Of a DNA stretch of 64,000 nt, positions 1-10,500 are shown in pieces. Position 1 is the first letter of the stretch. Each line of letters begins with the position of its first letter. Both the position numbers and the translations under genes were made by a program. Source of the stretch: Marine Group II euryarchaeote MED-G37 (GTDB lineage: Archaea; Thermoplasmatota; Poseidoniia; Poseidoniales; Thalassarchaeaceae); NCBI GenBank assembly GCA_002457555.1, contig NTJQ01000001.1:132420-196419 (forward strand), given 5' to 3'. The notes beneath the pieces are model-generated. The model worked only from the letters and a program-made list of their open reading frames with translations, ran no database searches and was not told the DNA's origin.

Positions 1-165
1 TGATGGAACAGCAGCGTACTATCATGGACAGACTTGCGTGAATAATCTCTAATCGTAACATTGTCAGTAGTCGATGAGAAGACCCACTGATAACCCTATG
101 ATTCAAGTTGAATCAAAGAGTAGGGAGATTGATACCAAGCAGTATTCTAGAGTAGAAGAATAGGA

Positions 166-471
166 CTACACTTTTTCTTGTTTTCTCTCTTCTTCATAGG
201 CATCAGCAACCTTGCCAACTGTACGAAAAAACCTTTTTTTCAAACTATCAAAGTTTAGATATATCATCCCACCAGCTGTTAAGAAAACTCCTCCAATTAT
301 TGTAAAAATTCCTCCGATATAGAGACCAACTCTAGGATCGTTATCTTCAAAGGTTGCATATCCAGTTTGTACCATGATAATACCAGCAATGAGTATAAAT
401 ATTCCAGATATTATCAATAAAATAATCATCGGTTTTAGTTGATTCATGTTCATGGTGATTGACCTAAGCAT
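166..471 (-). CDS. hypothetical small integral membrane protein
   Basis: 101-aa ORF with hydrophobic helices (LKPMIILLIISGIFILIAGIIMV; GLYIGGIFTIIGGVFLTAGGMIYL); no family recognised. Confidence 0.45.
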   Translation of the reverse strand: MLRSITMNMNQLKPMIILLIISGIFILIAGIIMVQTGYATFEDNDPRVGLYIGGIFTIIGGVFLTAGGMIYLNFDSLKKRFFRTVGKVADAYEEERKQEKV

Positions 472-491
472 TTAGTTATTTTACCAACGAT

Positions 492-539
492 ATCAACAAG
501 GGGACCCCTTCTTGATGTATACGTAAACTAGGGTACCCT
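492..539. promoter_or_regulatory. two palindromic candidate operator sites in a divergent intergenic region
   Basis: ATCAACAAGGGG-A-CCCCTTCTTGAT (492-516, 11/12 arm matches) and perfect AGGGTACCCT (530-539), between divergent genes ending at 471 and starting at 604. Confidence 0.3.
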
Positions 540-603
540 CTGACCAGCATAGAGGTCTGAGGGTTTTCCGATAGAGCCTTGTGAATTAGGTCAATTTATT
601 ACA

Positions 604-909
604 ATGAAACGCCTAAGAGATTCAATGTCCTCAATCCTCAACAGCAGGTTTAGATTCATTATCTATATCGTCGTGGGATATGTCTTGATCGTTGCATGTG
701 CCCTATTGACTGGGGCAACAATGCCACTGATAATTGATAATTTCACATATCAAGGACGGGGGGGATATGAAGGCGGAGGAGTTCTGGGGGTGCAACTCGG
801 AATAATTGGTGTAATTTTGAGTGTGTTGATTATCGAAGTGCTTAGAACAAAATCCGAAAACAATGACGATGACTCCGATGACACCTTTCCCCCCTTACGC
901 TCAAAATGA
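604..909 (+). CDS. hypothetical membrane protein with acidic C-terminus
   Basis: 101-aa ORF, two hydrophobic helices, Gly-rich loop, tail NNDDDSDD; no family recognised. Confidence 0.45.
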   Translation: MKRLRDSMSSILNSRFRFIIYIVVGYVLIVACALLTGATMPLIIDNFTYQGRGGYEGGGVLGVQLGIIGVILSVLIIEVLRTKSENNDDDSDDTFPPLRSK

Positions 910-939
910 GCGCGTGGATACCCTATGATTCGGGGATAA

Positions 940-1485
940 TTAATCGAAATTCCTGGACAAATCGACTTTGATAATCTCTGCAATTTCCTCAGCGACCCCT
1001 GTGCTGGAAATCCCCCTTAGCGTTCCGATTCTTGCTCCTTCTCTTCCTATTAGTACGGCAGAGTAGGTGATAATCTTGTAGCCTTCATCGTTAGTCCTCA
1101 CTTTTTCGTTTAACTCGATGCTTGTTACCCCTTCTCTAGGATGTCTTTCAATAAAGATAGGAGATTTGGAGATTAGACCTCCAGGTAGAACCGCCTCAAT
1201 ATAATCGTCATAGATGATGAACTTAATCGGATCCTTGATGATCAGACCAAGCCAGAGGGGGGTTGTGATACCTCCAATGATACCAATAGCAGTGAATATC
1301 ACGCCTTCTATTACCAATCCATATTCATACGAGGTTAGTACGAAAGGATCCAGCGTTTTTGTTAAGCCCAGGATGATAATAATCAAACCAACTATAACCC
1401 CTTGGCCTACAAACAAGGCAATAAGAGCCCAAAACCCCGGATTGTTCGATACTGTCTTACTTGACATGATTATATCAGAGAACAT
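940..1485 (-). CDS. hypothetical membrane protein (N-terminal TM helices, soluble C-terminal domain)
   Basis: 181-aa ORF; 3 predicted TM helices then a beta-rich about 90-aa domain, possibly bacterial-PH-like (weak). Confidence 0.5.
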   Translation of the reverse strand: MFSDIIMSSKTVSNNPGFWALIALFVGQGVIVGLIIIILGLTKTLDPFVLTSYEYGLVIEGVIFTAIGIIGGITTPLWLGLIIKDPIKFIIYDDYIEAVLPGGLISKSPIFIERHPREGVTSIELNEKVRTNDEGYKIITYSAVLIGREGARIGTLRGISSTGVAEEIAEIIKVDLSRNFD

Positions 1486-1518
1486 TCGAACAAATACTTT
1501 CTCTAGGCACCTCCAACT

Positions 1519-1890
1519 CTATGATTCGAGAATATTGACTTCGATGTGACCATCCTTTACTCGGGTTTCATAGATTTCCAAATCTTTCTCTTTGCTGAAT
1601 TTCCCAACCATTTTCCCATAAGGAGGGAATAATGGAAACGGAGACCATTCAATCAATTCTCCTGTTTCTATATTGTGAGTTGTTTGATGTAGTGGACATG
1701 TAATACAATCATCCTTCACCTTGCCACCGTAGGCGAGAGGCCATCTCATATGTCTGCAGAGAGCTTCTGTAGCATAATACCCATCACCTTCGTCAAATCG
1801 ACCAACGAGAATTATCTTTTTTCCAACAGTCAGCATTTTTTTCTTACCCGGTTTCAACTTTGATGATTTAATTGCGATTTTCCAAGCCAA
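1519..1890 (-). CDS. Rieske [2Fe-2S] domain protein (small ferredoxin-like)
   Basis: CxH ... CxxH ligands: CRHMRWPL and CPLHQTTH; size typical of stand-alone Rieske ferredoxins. Confidence 0.8.
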   Translation of the reverse strand: MAWKIAIKSSKLKPGKKKMLTVGKKIILVGRFDEGDGYYATEALCRHMRWPLAYGGKVKDDCITCPLHQTTHNIETGELIEWSPFPLFPPYGKMVGKFSKEKDLEIYETRVKDGHIEVNILES

Positions 1891-1923
1891 TATATCACCT
1901 CACTAAATCAATCATTATCGGAC

Positions 1924-2592
1924 CTAATTCGCTAACCTTCTAGCACATTTTTCGAGGCTTTCACCTTCATTTCTAAGACCTCGAATATAGTTTGGAATAG
2001 ATGAATTAGAATTTTCCAAATCCCTCAGATCTCCTATCCACTCTAATTCGGTTTTTGATTTCTCAGAGTTTTCTTGCCATTCGTGAACACTCCAAACAGA
2101 ACATCCTGAATCGTCATCACTCTGGACTTGTTTGAACCAGGGAATGACTTGTGGTTCTCGAACTAAATCGTGCCTTTGTACGAATCTAACAATGCAGTCA
2201 TCCTTGACAAAATTCCACCCAGCATCCTGAAGCCAATCTTCCGATATACTATCTTCTGCCCCTAATTGAAACCAAATTAATGGAGGAGATTCATAATTGC
2301 GAAGTAGCAATTTCCTAACTGCCTCTCTTGCTCTTTCAGGTGCCAGAAACAGAACAACAATCTCCGGCTCGATTCCGTCTTCGATCATAGGTCTAATTGG
2401 GTACCCAAAAATGCTAGCACCCGCATCCCTAGGATGAATCGGAATTGGATTCCAGCCTCTCTCTGATAGATCGTTTACAGCAGAATGAGCAGGTCTTTCT
2501 GAATTTAATCCGGCGCCTAGAATGTGGACGAATTTGGTCTGCGATACCAAATCAAGAAGTCGATTCGAATCATTCATCCTCATGGGAAACAA
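1924..2592 (-). CDS. CoA-binding domain protein with C-terminal extension
   Basis: FVHILGAGLNSERPAHSAVNDLSERGWNPIPIHPR fits the CoA_binding_2 (YccU-like) pattern. Confidence 0.6.
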   Translation of the reverse strand: MFPMRMNDSNRLLDLVSQTKFVHILGAGLNSERPAHSAVNDLSERGWNPIPIHPRDAGASIFGYPIRPMIEDGIEPEIVVLFLAPERAREAVRKLLLRNYESPPLIWFQLGAEDSISEDWLQDAGWNFVKDDCIVRFVQRHDLVREPQVIPWFKQVQSDDDSGCSVWSVHEWQENSEKSKTELEWIGDLRDLENSNSSIPNYIRGLRNEGESLEKCARRLAN

Positions 2593-2684
2593 ACTAACCT
2601 AAACCACACAATATATCAATTTCTGTAAAGTTAAATTCTATTTCCGGCTCAACATTGAAGGCGTTTTTTCTTCCAGAACTATAC

Positions 2685-3554
2685 ATGATGATGATGCGCG
2701 ATGGTCCACGCTACGGATTTAGGGAGAGGATTGGACGTGGCTGGCAAGTCACAAAATTAGGCATTAAAGTTGTTCGCGCAGACCCAGAATTAATGGTCTA
2801 CATGTTCTTTTCCGCAATGTTTTCCATCGGTGCTTTTGTTGTTTTGATGACCTCAACTGGAGGTTTAGGATACTTCATTGGAGGTGGAGAAGAAGGCCTG
2901 GAACAGGGTGTATATGTGGGTAGTTTTCTTTCTTACATGACTGTCGCAATTATCACCGTTTTTTGGAATGCGGCAATAATCGCCAGTGCTCATTACCGTC
3001 TGACAACTGGCGACAATCCTAGTTTTTCCTACGGGATTCGTCAGGCGATGAAGTGTCTTCCTCAAATTTTCATTTGGGGTCTAATTTCAGGAACTGTTGG
3101 GCTGATCATTCAAGCATTGGAGGGTATGAAACATTCTGATAATGCAGCAGCGGCTATAGTTGGATGGATTCTATCACTGCTTATTCAACTCGCTTGGTGG
3201 ATAACTACTTTCTTTGTTGTACCAATGATTGTCATCGATAATCTCGGCGTTAGGGAAAGTATGTCGAAGAGCCCAGAATTATTCGGGAATACCTGGGGCG
3301 AAGACATCGTATCAAGCGCTGGAACTGGAATCATCAATTTCTTGGTGTGTTTAACCATAGTTTTGATCTGTCTACCTCTCTTTGCTTTAGGAGAGATAGG
3401 TATTGGTTTTGGACTACTTCTGATGTTTTCCGGAATCGCTCTATCAGTACTATTCTTCACCGCTTGCGAGGCTGTAAATAGAGCATCATTGTACTATTTT
3501 GCGAAGACCGGGGAAGCTCCTCCAATGGCTCAAAAATTAGGTTTAGAATTCTAG
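2685..3554 (+). CDS. hypothetical polytopic membrane protein
   Basis: ORF 2655-3554 opens with TTG; first ATG run (MMMMRDG) at 2685; about 6 TM helices; no family named. Confidence 0.55.
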   Translation: MMMMRDGPRYGFRERIGRGWQVTKLGIKVVRADPELMVYMFFSAMFSIGAFVVLMTSTGGLGYFIGGGEEGLEQGVYVGSFLSYMTVAIITVFWNAAIIASAHYRLTTGDNPSFSYGIRQAMKCLPQIFIWGLISGTVGLIIQALEGMKHSDNAAAAIVGWILSLLIQLAWWITTFFVVPMIVIDNLGVRESMSKSPELFGNTWGEDIVSSAGTGIINFLVCLTIVLICLPLFALGEIGIGFGLLLMFSGIALSVLFFTACEAVNRASLYYFAKTGEAPPMAQKLGLEF

Positions 3555-3560
3555 AATAAT

Positions 3561-3740
3561 TCAATCCAAATTATTGCTTACATCAGGGCTTTCTTCCATT
3601 GCCCACTCGAAGAACGGCTCTAGACTAGGCAATAATGCTGAACCTGAATCTGTCAGCATGTAAACCACTGTGACTGGGACTGTTTGAAGTTCAGTTCTCT
3701 CAACCAATTGATATTTTTTTGAGGGATTTCTATATTTCAC
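3561..3740 (-). pseudogene. remnant of an HxlR-type winged-helix regulator (C-terminal half only)
   Basis: 59-codon frame below the ORF-track cutoff: KKYQLVERTELQTVPVTVVYMLTDSGSALLPSLEPFFEWAMEE matches the wing/dimerisation half of HxlR (..veR....P..V.Y.LT..G..L.p.l..l..Wa). The N-terminal half is missing and the frame overlaps the mtaD stop. Confidence 0.35.
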
Positions 3741-5013
3741 TATAATAATCTAATACAACTTCGTTCAGCCTCTCTCTGGCATTTTGTTCATCCACGGTCA
3801 GCGTAACTCCATCCCTACGTAATGCTTCACCATCGACAAAGACATCCATTACTTTACCACCAGAATATAGCAAGTTAGGAAGTAATCTCCGACCATCTCT
3901 TCCAATAGGTGACATTCGAATATCATTGAGATCCCAAGTAACCCAATCTTTGGAATCTTTAGTAGCTAAATGCCAAGTTTCTTCCGGGCCTAAAACTCGA
4001 GCATTCCAATGATCATGCTTCTGAACCAAACTGGCCGCTTTTGCTTCTGCACGCATATCGAGAGAATTGTTACTCGCCGAACCATCAGTTCCCAAGCGAA
4101 CATCCACTTCTGCTTCCTTCATCGCAGGATAGGACATAGTGCCACCACAAGCCAGCTTCTGGTTCGAGCTTGGACAGTGAACTGCATGAGCATCATGACC
4201 TGCCAGAATCCTCATTTCTTTTTTCGTAAGCCAACCACAATGAGCGCAGACAGTGGTGCCATCGGTGAAAAAATCTAATGAATCGAGATATTCAACAGGA
4301 TACATCCCAGTAGCTTCGTGACAGTCTGCTACTTCCTTTCGAGTCTCAGAAGTATGAATATGGAGCGTACACCCAGTCTTCTTTGCTAATTCTGAACCCT
4401 TGAGCAAGATTTCCTCATCACAAACATAGACGGAATGAGTTCCAACTCCGAAATCAATCCTCCCTGCTCTAGGTGAATCTCCAGTAATCAAGCTCTCTAT
4501 GTGGCGCAATGCATCCCCGGACCCTGGCTTAAAATTGGGTGTCAATCCATCTGTAATCGGGCCACAAAGTGTAGCTCTAACTCCAGTTTCTGCAAGCGTT
4601 TCTCCGATTGTTTCGGTATGAAAATACATGTCACAGGCATATGTTGTTCCACTTGCAATCATTTCTGCAGCAGCCGCTTTTGTACCAACTCTGATCAGTT
4701 CCTCAGTCAATTTTTTCTCAACGGGAAAAATTGCAGTTTCTAACCATTCCATTAGAGGCAATCCTTCGCCCATTCCTCTGTTGAGAATCATCGGAAGATG
4801 TGTATGCCAATTCTGGAAAGAACGAGTAATGATTCTTCCAGTTCCATCAATTGTCTCTAGGACGTCCTCGTCTCCTTTACTAGTCGACCATGAACCATCT
4901 TGATGAAGGATAAAATCGCCGTACTTCGGAGTACAATCGTGGTCCATGAGCCAGGCATTGGTGTATCGGCGCGAACCGACTGTTCCCAAATTTAGGTCAC
5001 TGGACATAGTCAT
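3730..5013 (-). CDS. mtaD: amidohydrolase, 5-methylthioadenosine/S-adenosylhomocysteine (or 5'-deoxyadenosine) deaminase family
   Basis: NWHTHLPM metal-binding HxH, HIHTSET, GTDGSASNNSLDM signature of the MtaD/DadD/guanine-deaminase clade. Confidence 0.8.
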   Translation of the reverse strand: MTMSSDLNLGTVGSRRYTNAWLMDHDCTPKYGDFILHQDGSWSTSKGDEDVLETIDGTGRIITRSFQNWHTHLPMILNRGMGEGLPLMEWLETAIFPVEKKLTEELIRVGTKAAAAEMIASGTTYACDMYFHTETIGETLAETGVRATLCGPITDGLTPNFKPGSGDALRHIESLITGDSPRAGRIDFGVGTHSVYVCDEEILLKGSELAKKTGCTLHIHTSETRKEVADCHEATGMYPVEYLDSLDFFTDGTTVCAHCGWLTKKEMRILAGHDAHAVHCPSSNQKLACGGTMSYPAMKEAEVDVRLGTDGSASNNSLDMRAEAKAASLVQKHDHWNARVLGPEETWHLATKDSKDWVTWDLNDIRMSPIGRDGRRLLPNLLYSGGKVMDVFVDGEALRRDGVTLTVDEQNARERLNEVVLDYYSEI

Positions 5014-5070
5014 CCTCTCTTTAACGGCATAGGTCGTTCTGACTCAAGGTTTCCTTAGGCTAAAAATTGC

Positions 5071-5805
5071 TTAGTTTGAACGACTGGGCATGAATGGGAT
5101 TAGCTTAGCGGCAAGAGCTCCAAAGTCTCTAGTCTGAATGTATACCTTTCCTTGTCCGTTGAACTTCATCACAAGCCCTTCTCCACCAAGTAAAGCCGAT
5201 CCCAATCCGCCGACTTTTCCGACTGTGTAGTCTACACCATCAGTGAATGCCACAACGTGACCGGTGTCGACAACTACCTCTTCTCCATTGATTTCGATTT
5301 CCTTCAATGCACCATATGATGTGTAAAATACGGTACCAGTTCCTTCGGTTGCGCTGGCACGGAGAAAGAACACACTTTCTCCCGTGAAGAATCCCTTTGC
5401 GCCTTGGAACTTTGTGTCTGTTTCAACATTAGCTGTGCTAGCAATGAACGCTCCACCTTGCATGAATAGAGTCTGACCTGGCCCTAATTCGAATGAAGAA
5501 ATGTCCCCTGGAGCGCTAGGTGCCAGAGAGACCCAACCATCTCCGTTCGAAGTGTAGGTATTGAGGATGAAAGATTCTCCACCAACCATACTCTTCATCA
5601 ATCCCTTGAAGAAGCCGCCGGACATTCCGGACTTCATATCTACATTAGAAGACTGGGCAACCATCGCCCCGGGCTCTACCTTCAATTGCTCTCCACTGGA
5701 GAGGTTTACGGTCATCATTGTGAATGCTGGTCCAAATTCGAACTCATGTTCCATAAGTCGTTGGCGAAACCAGTCATTTTTAGATTCATGGGGAGATGAG
5801 TGCAA
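5071..5805 (-). CDS. AIM24/DUF124 (TIGR00266) family protein
   Basis: EPGAMVAQSSNVDMKSGMSGGFFKGLMKSMVGGESF and overall beta-rich 244-aa length typical of AIM24. Confidence 0.7.
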   Translation of the reverse strand: MHSSPHESKNDWFRQRLMEHEFEFGPAFTMMTVNLSSGEQLKVEPGAMVAQSSNVDMKSGMSGGFFKGLMKSMVGGESFILNTYTSNGDGWVSLAPSAPGDISSFELGPGQTLFMQGGAFIASTANVETDTKFQGAKGFFTGESVFFLRASATEGTGTVFYTSYGALKEIEINGEEVVVDTGHVVAFTDGVDYTVGKVGGLGSALLGGEGLVMKFNGQGKVYIQTRDFGALAAKLIPFMPSRSN

Positions 5806-5822
5806 ACAAAACCGCTAAAATA

Positions 5823-6434
5823 TCAACCATTTACGACACATTTTGCATTCAAGGTGCTAACAATCTCTCCTTTCTTATTAGTCAAATACGCTTCAACAAT
5901 ATCGCCCTTGTACATTCGTCCAACACCAGCGGGTGTTCCGGTCCAAACTAAATCTCCAGGTGAAAGATCATACCAACTAGACAGGTGGTCTACTAGTTCT
6001 TCAACAGAATGAATCATCAAAGATGTAGGCGCATCTTGTTTGGTTTCACCATTCACTGTCATAGTGACTTGAAAAACACCCTTTTGGTATCGTGTCCAGG
6101 TGCCCAAAACACCGCTTCCCCGGAATGCCTTGCCTTCAGTCCATGGCCATCGCTTGTTCTTCGCAATTGTCTGCCTTGTTCGGTTAGTTGTGTCGCATCC
6201 TATGCACATCTCATCTGGTTGCAAATCACCTCCCAATCGAATGACTAGTTCTGCTTCGTGGTCTATGTGGTCCTCCTCATTCATTAGCTCAATCACGTTG
6301 TTCCCATTTTCATCTGCTTCAACATGGGCGCTCGCGGGCTTTAGGAAGAACCTAGGATATTCTTCAGAGATGTCTCCGCCAATCTCCTCTGCATGCTCCG
6401 CGTAATTCCTGAAACAGCACCATCCTAGTCCCAT
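5823..6434 (-). CDS. fumarylacetoacetate hydrolase (FAH) family protein
   Basis: HEAELVIRLG and GDLVWTGTPAGVG motifs, about 200 aa. Confidence 0.85.
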   Translation of the reverse strand: MGLGWCCFRNYAEHAEEIGGDISEEYPRFFLKPASAHVEADENGNNVIELMNEEDHIDHEAELVIRLGGDLQPDEMCIGCDTTNRTRQTIAKNKRWPWTEGKAFRGSGVLGTWTRYQKGVFQVTMTVNGETKQDAPTSLMIHSVEELVDHLSSWYDLSPGDLVWTGTPAGVGRMYKGDIVEAYLTNKKGEIVSTLNAKCVVNG

Positions 6435-6532
6435 GTTGCAATCGTGCGGGCTATCAGCCTTGAGCGATACGGTGGCCTAACCTTAGTTTTCGTCACGAGG
6501 ATTCAAGGAGGTGCGTTGCCCGATTAGCACTG

Positions 6533-7528
6533 ATGGCTGATGACCCTTACCGAGTCCTAGGTGTCCAAAAGGACGCCACGGATGCGGAAATCAAGCGGAC
6601 TTATCGTAAATTGGCAAGACAACATCACCCAGATAGAAACCCAGATGATGCCGCTGCTGAAGAGAGATTCAAGGCCATTCAAGCGGCTTACGACCAGATT
6701 GGTACAGCCGCGGCCCGAAAGGAGTATGACCAGCAGAGAAGAATGGAGGAGATGTTTGCTCGAGGAGGCAATACATTTTCTGGATTTGGCGGCGGCGGCG
6801 GCTTTCGTAGTGGAAGATTCAGTGGTGGTCAAGGCTTCGATTTCTCAGATATTCTGAATCAGTTTATGGGTGGAATGGGTGGGGCAGAACCACAATTCGA
6901 AAAACAAAATAGGCAACAACAACGCCCGCCTCAACCACCTCCTGTAAGACGAGGACCAGACATTGAGGCCGGAGTTGATATTACTTTAGAACAGGCTCTT
7001 AGTGGTACAAAAATAGAGTTCGGGCATCGTCGATTAAGAATCTGTGAAAGTTGTGAAGGAAAATCATTTAACTCACGGAAAACGTGCCCTAAATGTTCCG
7101 GTAAAGGCGTGGAATCAAGATCTTCAACAATCACAGTCAGCGTCCCCTCAGGTGCTCAGCATGGTCAACAATTGCGCCTAAAAAAAATGGGTCATGAACA
7201 TCCTCAAGGGGAGGCTGGAGACTTGCTAATCACAATTCGGCTAGATGCCGAAGAAGGGCGTCGTTGGGAAGGTGGTAGGCTGATTCAAGAAGTATCGGTA
7301 ACTTACTCTACCTTGATGTTAGGAGGCGCAGTTAGGATACGCACTCCAGTGGGTAAGCGAGTGCAAATTGAGGTAGTTGAAGGCACGCGGATTGGTGATC
7401 GCCGCCGACTTGCTGGACACGGTCACGACGGCGGCCCTTTAGATATCGAGTTCATTCTGGCTGAGCCAGAAAAAGTCAGTAACAAACAGAAAGAGGCTCT
7501 CGACCGATTGAAAGAATCTGGGCTATGA
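6533..7528 (+). CDS. dnaJ: DnaJ-class J-domain co-chaperone with reduced zinc-finger region
   Basis: J domain DPYRVLGV...YRKLARQHHPDRN, Gly/Phe-rich linker, only two CxxCxG repeats (CESCEGK, CPKCSGKG), DnaJ C-terminal beta domains. Confidence 0.85.
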   Translation: MADDPYRVLGVQKDATDAEIKRTYRKLARQHHPDRNPDDAAAEERFKAIQAAYDQIGTAAARKEYDQQRRMEEMFARGGNTFSGFGGGGGFRSGRFSGGQGFDFSDILNQFMGGMGGAEPQFEKQNRQQQRPPQPPPVRRGPDIEAGVDITLEQALSGTKIEFGHRRLRICESCEGKSFNSRKTCPKCSGKGVESRSSTITVSVPSGAQHGQQLRLKKMGHEHPQGEAGDLLITIRLDAEEGRRWEGGRLIQEVSVTYSTLMLGGAVRIRTPVGKRVQIEVVEGTRIGDRRRLAGHGHDGGPLDIEFILAEPEKVSNKQKEALDRLKESGL

Positions 7529-7568
7529 TTAAACATCAATTAAAAAACATGCTTTTTGGCCCAAAGGT

Positions 7569-10500
7569 ATGCGAGAGGTTAGAGATTTTGGTAAGGTTGC
7601 CGATATTCTACTGCCTCGTAGTTTCAAAATGCATGCCGCAGTTTTAGCAATTAGTCTATTCATGATCCCTGGATTAATTGCTAGTCTCACACCTATTGAT
7701 GTTCAGTCCTACGACATGGAGTCCCCTGAATTATCCGCAAATCAGGTTGTGACCGAAGAATTCGAAGCGGCTGAGAAGACACACGGATTTGCGGTATCGG
7801 TTAGGGCTAATGAAGCCATTTTGGCAGGCAACCCTGCACCCCACCTCACTGATTCAGGAGACATAGATTACGCCAATCTCCCTCACCCGTCCGAACGTCT
7901 AGCCTTTCAAGGTACAAGTGCAGGTCTGGTGGGAGATGATATTCCGATTGGTGGAATCCTTAATCTCACTGTGCTCAGGGAGATAGAATCGAAAACAGAT
8001 ATTGCAAGTTCTCACTATCTCCTGAATTACACGAGGCCTCTCGTAACAGAACTCACTGGAACAGGATTCATGGGACCTATGTCTCTTCCCGATATTCTTC
8101 GTGCTTTCATGGCCGGAGAGTCATTGCTAACCCAACCGACGGTGAATGTGTTTGGTATCCCACAACCTCCAAAGACAAATTGGGAAGATTGCGGAGTTCT
8201 AGAATGCCTGACGTACGATAATCCAAACGTTACCCAAGATCACATCGACTTAGCAGCTCACAGAATGATAATGAATTCCGATGGAGCGATGTTGAGATGG
8301 TTTTCGACAGATAGAGGCTTTACTCACGATGAAAATAGCACTCTAATTGGACCAATAGGAGGAACAATTCGAGAAGATGGAACCTTCGACGAAGATGTTA
8401 CTTGGGGCCCAGGCCGATGGTCATCATCAACAACATGGATATTAATCCAACTCAGTCGCACTGATTTAGAAGAGAACGGGATTACATACTATTGGGCGGA
8501 TGCAGAAAATCAAAGGGGTGGCTACGAATTTGAGGGATTGAATTTAGTTACAACACCACCTCAGTATTCTGTTGCCGATTGCAGGGAAGCGAAGGAATCC
8601 GGAGATGAACTTTGCAGCTTTGAATGGGCAATAATGGACCTTGAAAAGCAAATGCGTACAACTGATCAACTTGCTCTGACCTTCTCGATAAATGAGGGAG
8701 TGAATGTAGAGTTGAATCGTGAATTACTTGAGTCAAGCCTTCTGCTTATTGCAATGGCCATTGCGATTACTATTCTCCTCTGGTTCAGTCTCAGAAGAGC
8801 CTCAGATGTCGTGATAGTGGGAGCAACGCTACTTTTTGCTCTCCTCTGGATGCAGGGGTCAATCGGTTGGATGATGGTCCTAGGAGAAAGGTATGGATTC
8901 AAGATAATTAGTAAGAGCCAATTTTCAAATCTCCTTCCAATATTGGTAATCGCTCTCGGTATCGATGACAGTTTACACGCCCTACACAGATACAAGGAAG
9001 AAAGGAGACAGGGAAGATCACCAGAGCAATCTGCTCACGCTTCTCTATCCAGAGTTGGCAGAGCGATTATGCTTACATCATTTACAACCATGTCTGCGTT
9101 TGCTGCAAACTTGACTTCTGATATCGCCGCCCTTCGCTCATTCGGTGTTGAGGCAGCGCTTGGAGTTGCTGCTGCTTTCATTCTAACTGGACTTTGGGCA
9201 CCACTAATCAGAATGGATTGGGATAAATACCTTCGAGGAAAAAGAAAGTTACCAGAAGAAGAAGAAGGCATAACTCACATGATAAGCGAGGAAAAATTAG
9301 TGAAAATTGCAGATAATTCTTCAAAGAATTCGGCTGTTCTACTTGTGTTGATTTTTGCAATAACAGCTGTCGCAGTTCCAATGATGCTAAGCCTTGAAGG
9401 AGATTTCAAGGTCGAAGATTTCCTCGATGAAGAATCAGATTTCGCCCAGGCTGTTGAGTTAGTCAATACCAGATTTAGTGACGAAGGAGAGCCAGCGGTG
9501 GTAATTTTAGAAGGCGATATGTTAGATCCTAGGGTCTTTGCAGCGATTCAGGAAACTAGGGACAATATGGCTGAACCGAGTCCCAATGATCCAGGAAAAT
9601 ATACCAAGACTCCACTAGGCACTCCTGAACTGCATGCAGTCGATGAATTAGTTTGGGCGGCTAAGGCTAGTATGTTCGCCAATGTCACGCCATTTGTCGA
9701 AGCAGGTTGGGAATCCGACACTCTTGAATGTGACAGACTACCAATGGGGTTACCTGACGATACTGACAGAGACTGCTTGCGATTCATGTACGGATTCGTG
9801 TATGTCTATGGAGTTCCAGAAGGTGGCTACATTCCCCATATCCCTCCATCCTTGACGGCCCTAAATATCGCTCCTAATTGTGAAATAGACCCTGAAATGG
9901 TACATCTCTGTCTGGGCGGTAACATTCCAGAATATCCTCGAATGACACTCCGCTGGGGTATTGCAAATCCCGAGCAGTTCATCGTTGTTGAACAGGTTTT
10001 GGCGGAGTTGGAAATGGATATGCAACCATTCCAAGAATTAGCAGCACAGGGTCTATCTGAAAGAGCAGATATTAACTCTGCAACCGAAGAATATCCTGTA
10101 ACCTGGGCGATTGCTACTGGCGACCCTGTGACCCGTTTCGTCGCCGCAAACAGCATGCAGAACCAACTACAAGGGACATTAGTGCTAGGGGTCCTCTTCT
10201 GTTTGATTACACTGTGGTGGGGGTTCCGAAAGGTCGAGTATGGGTTTGATGATTATTCACTTCGGGACCTTGCAGTATCCTCGCCGGTAATTGTTGCAAT
10301 TACCGGATATGTATACCTGACAGTTAGCGTAAATCTCGCTATTGCAATTGCAATCCTTCTGGTTATTGGCGCTGGATATTGGGGCACTAGGTCTCTCTCG
10401 ACTGCAATCTTTACCACAATCCCAATTGTAATTGTAATAATTTGGCTATACGCTATAATCGCAGCTGCTGGATATGGATTGAACATGGTTACAGTCGCAA

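Noticed and set aside
6788-6802. (GGC)5 microsatellite
   Set aside because: It lies in frame inside the DnaJ Gly/Phe-rich linker (GFGGGGGF), so it is a coding consequence rather than a non-coding repeat. Similarly, the (ACC)n run at about 33431-33449 encodes the Gly6 linker of the PGF-CTERM protein on the minus strand.
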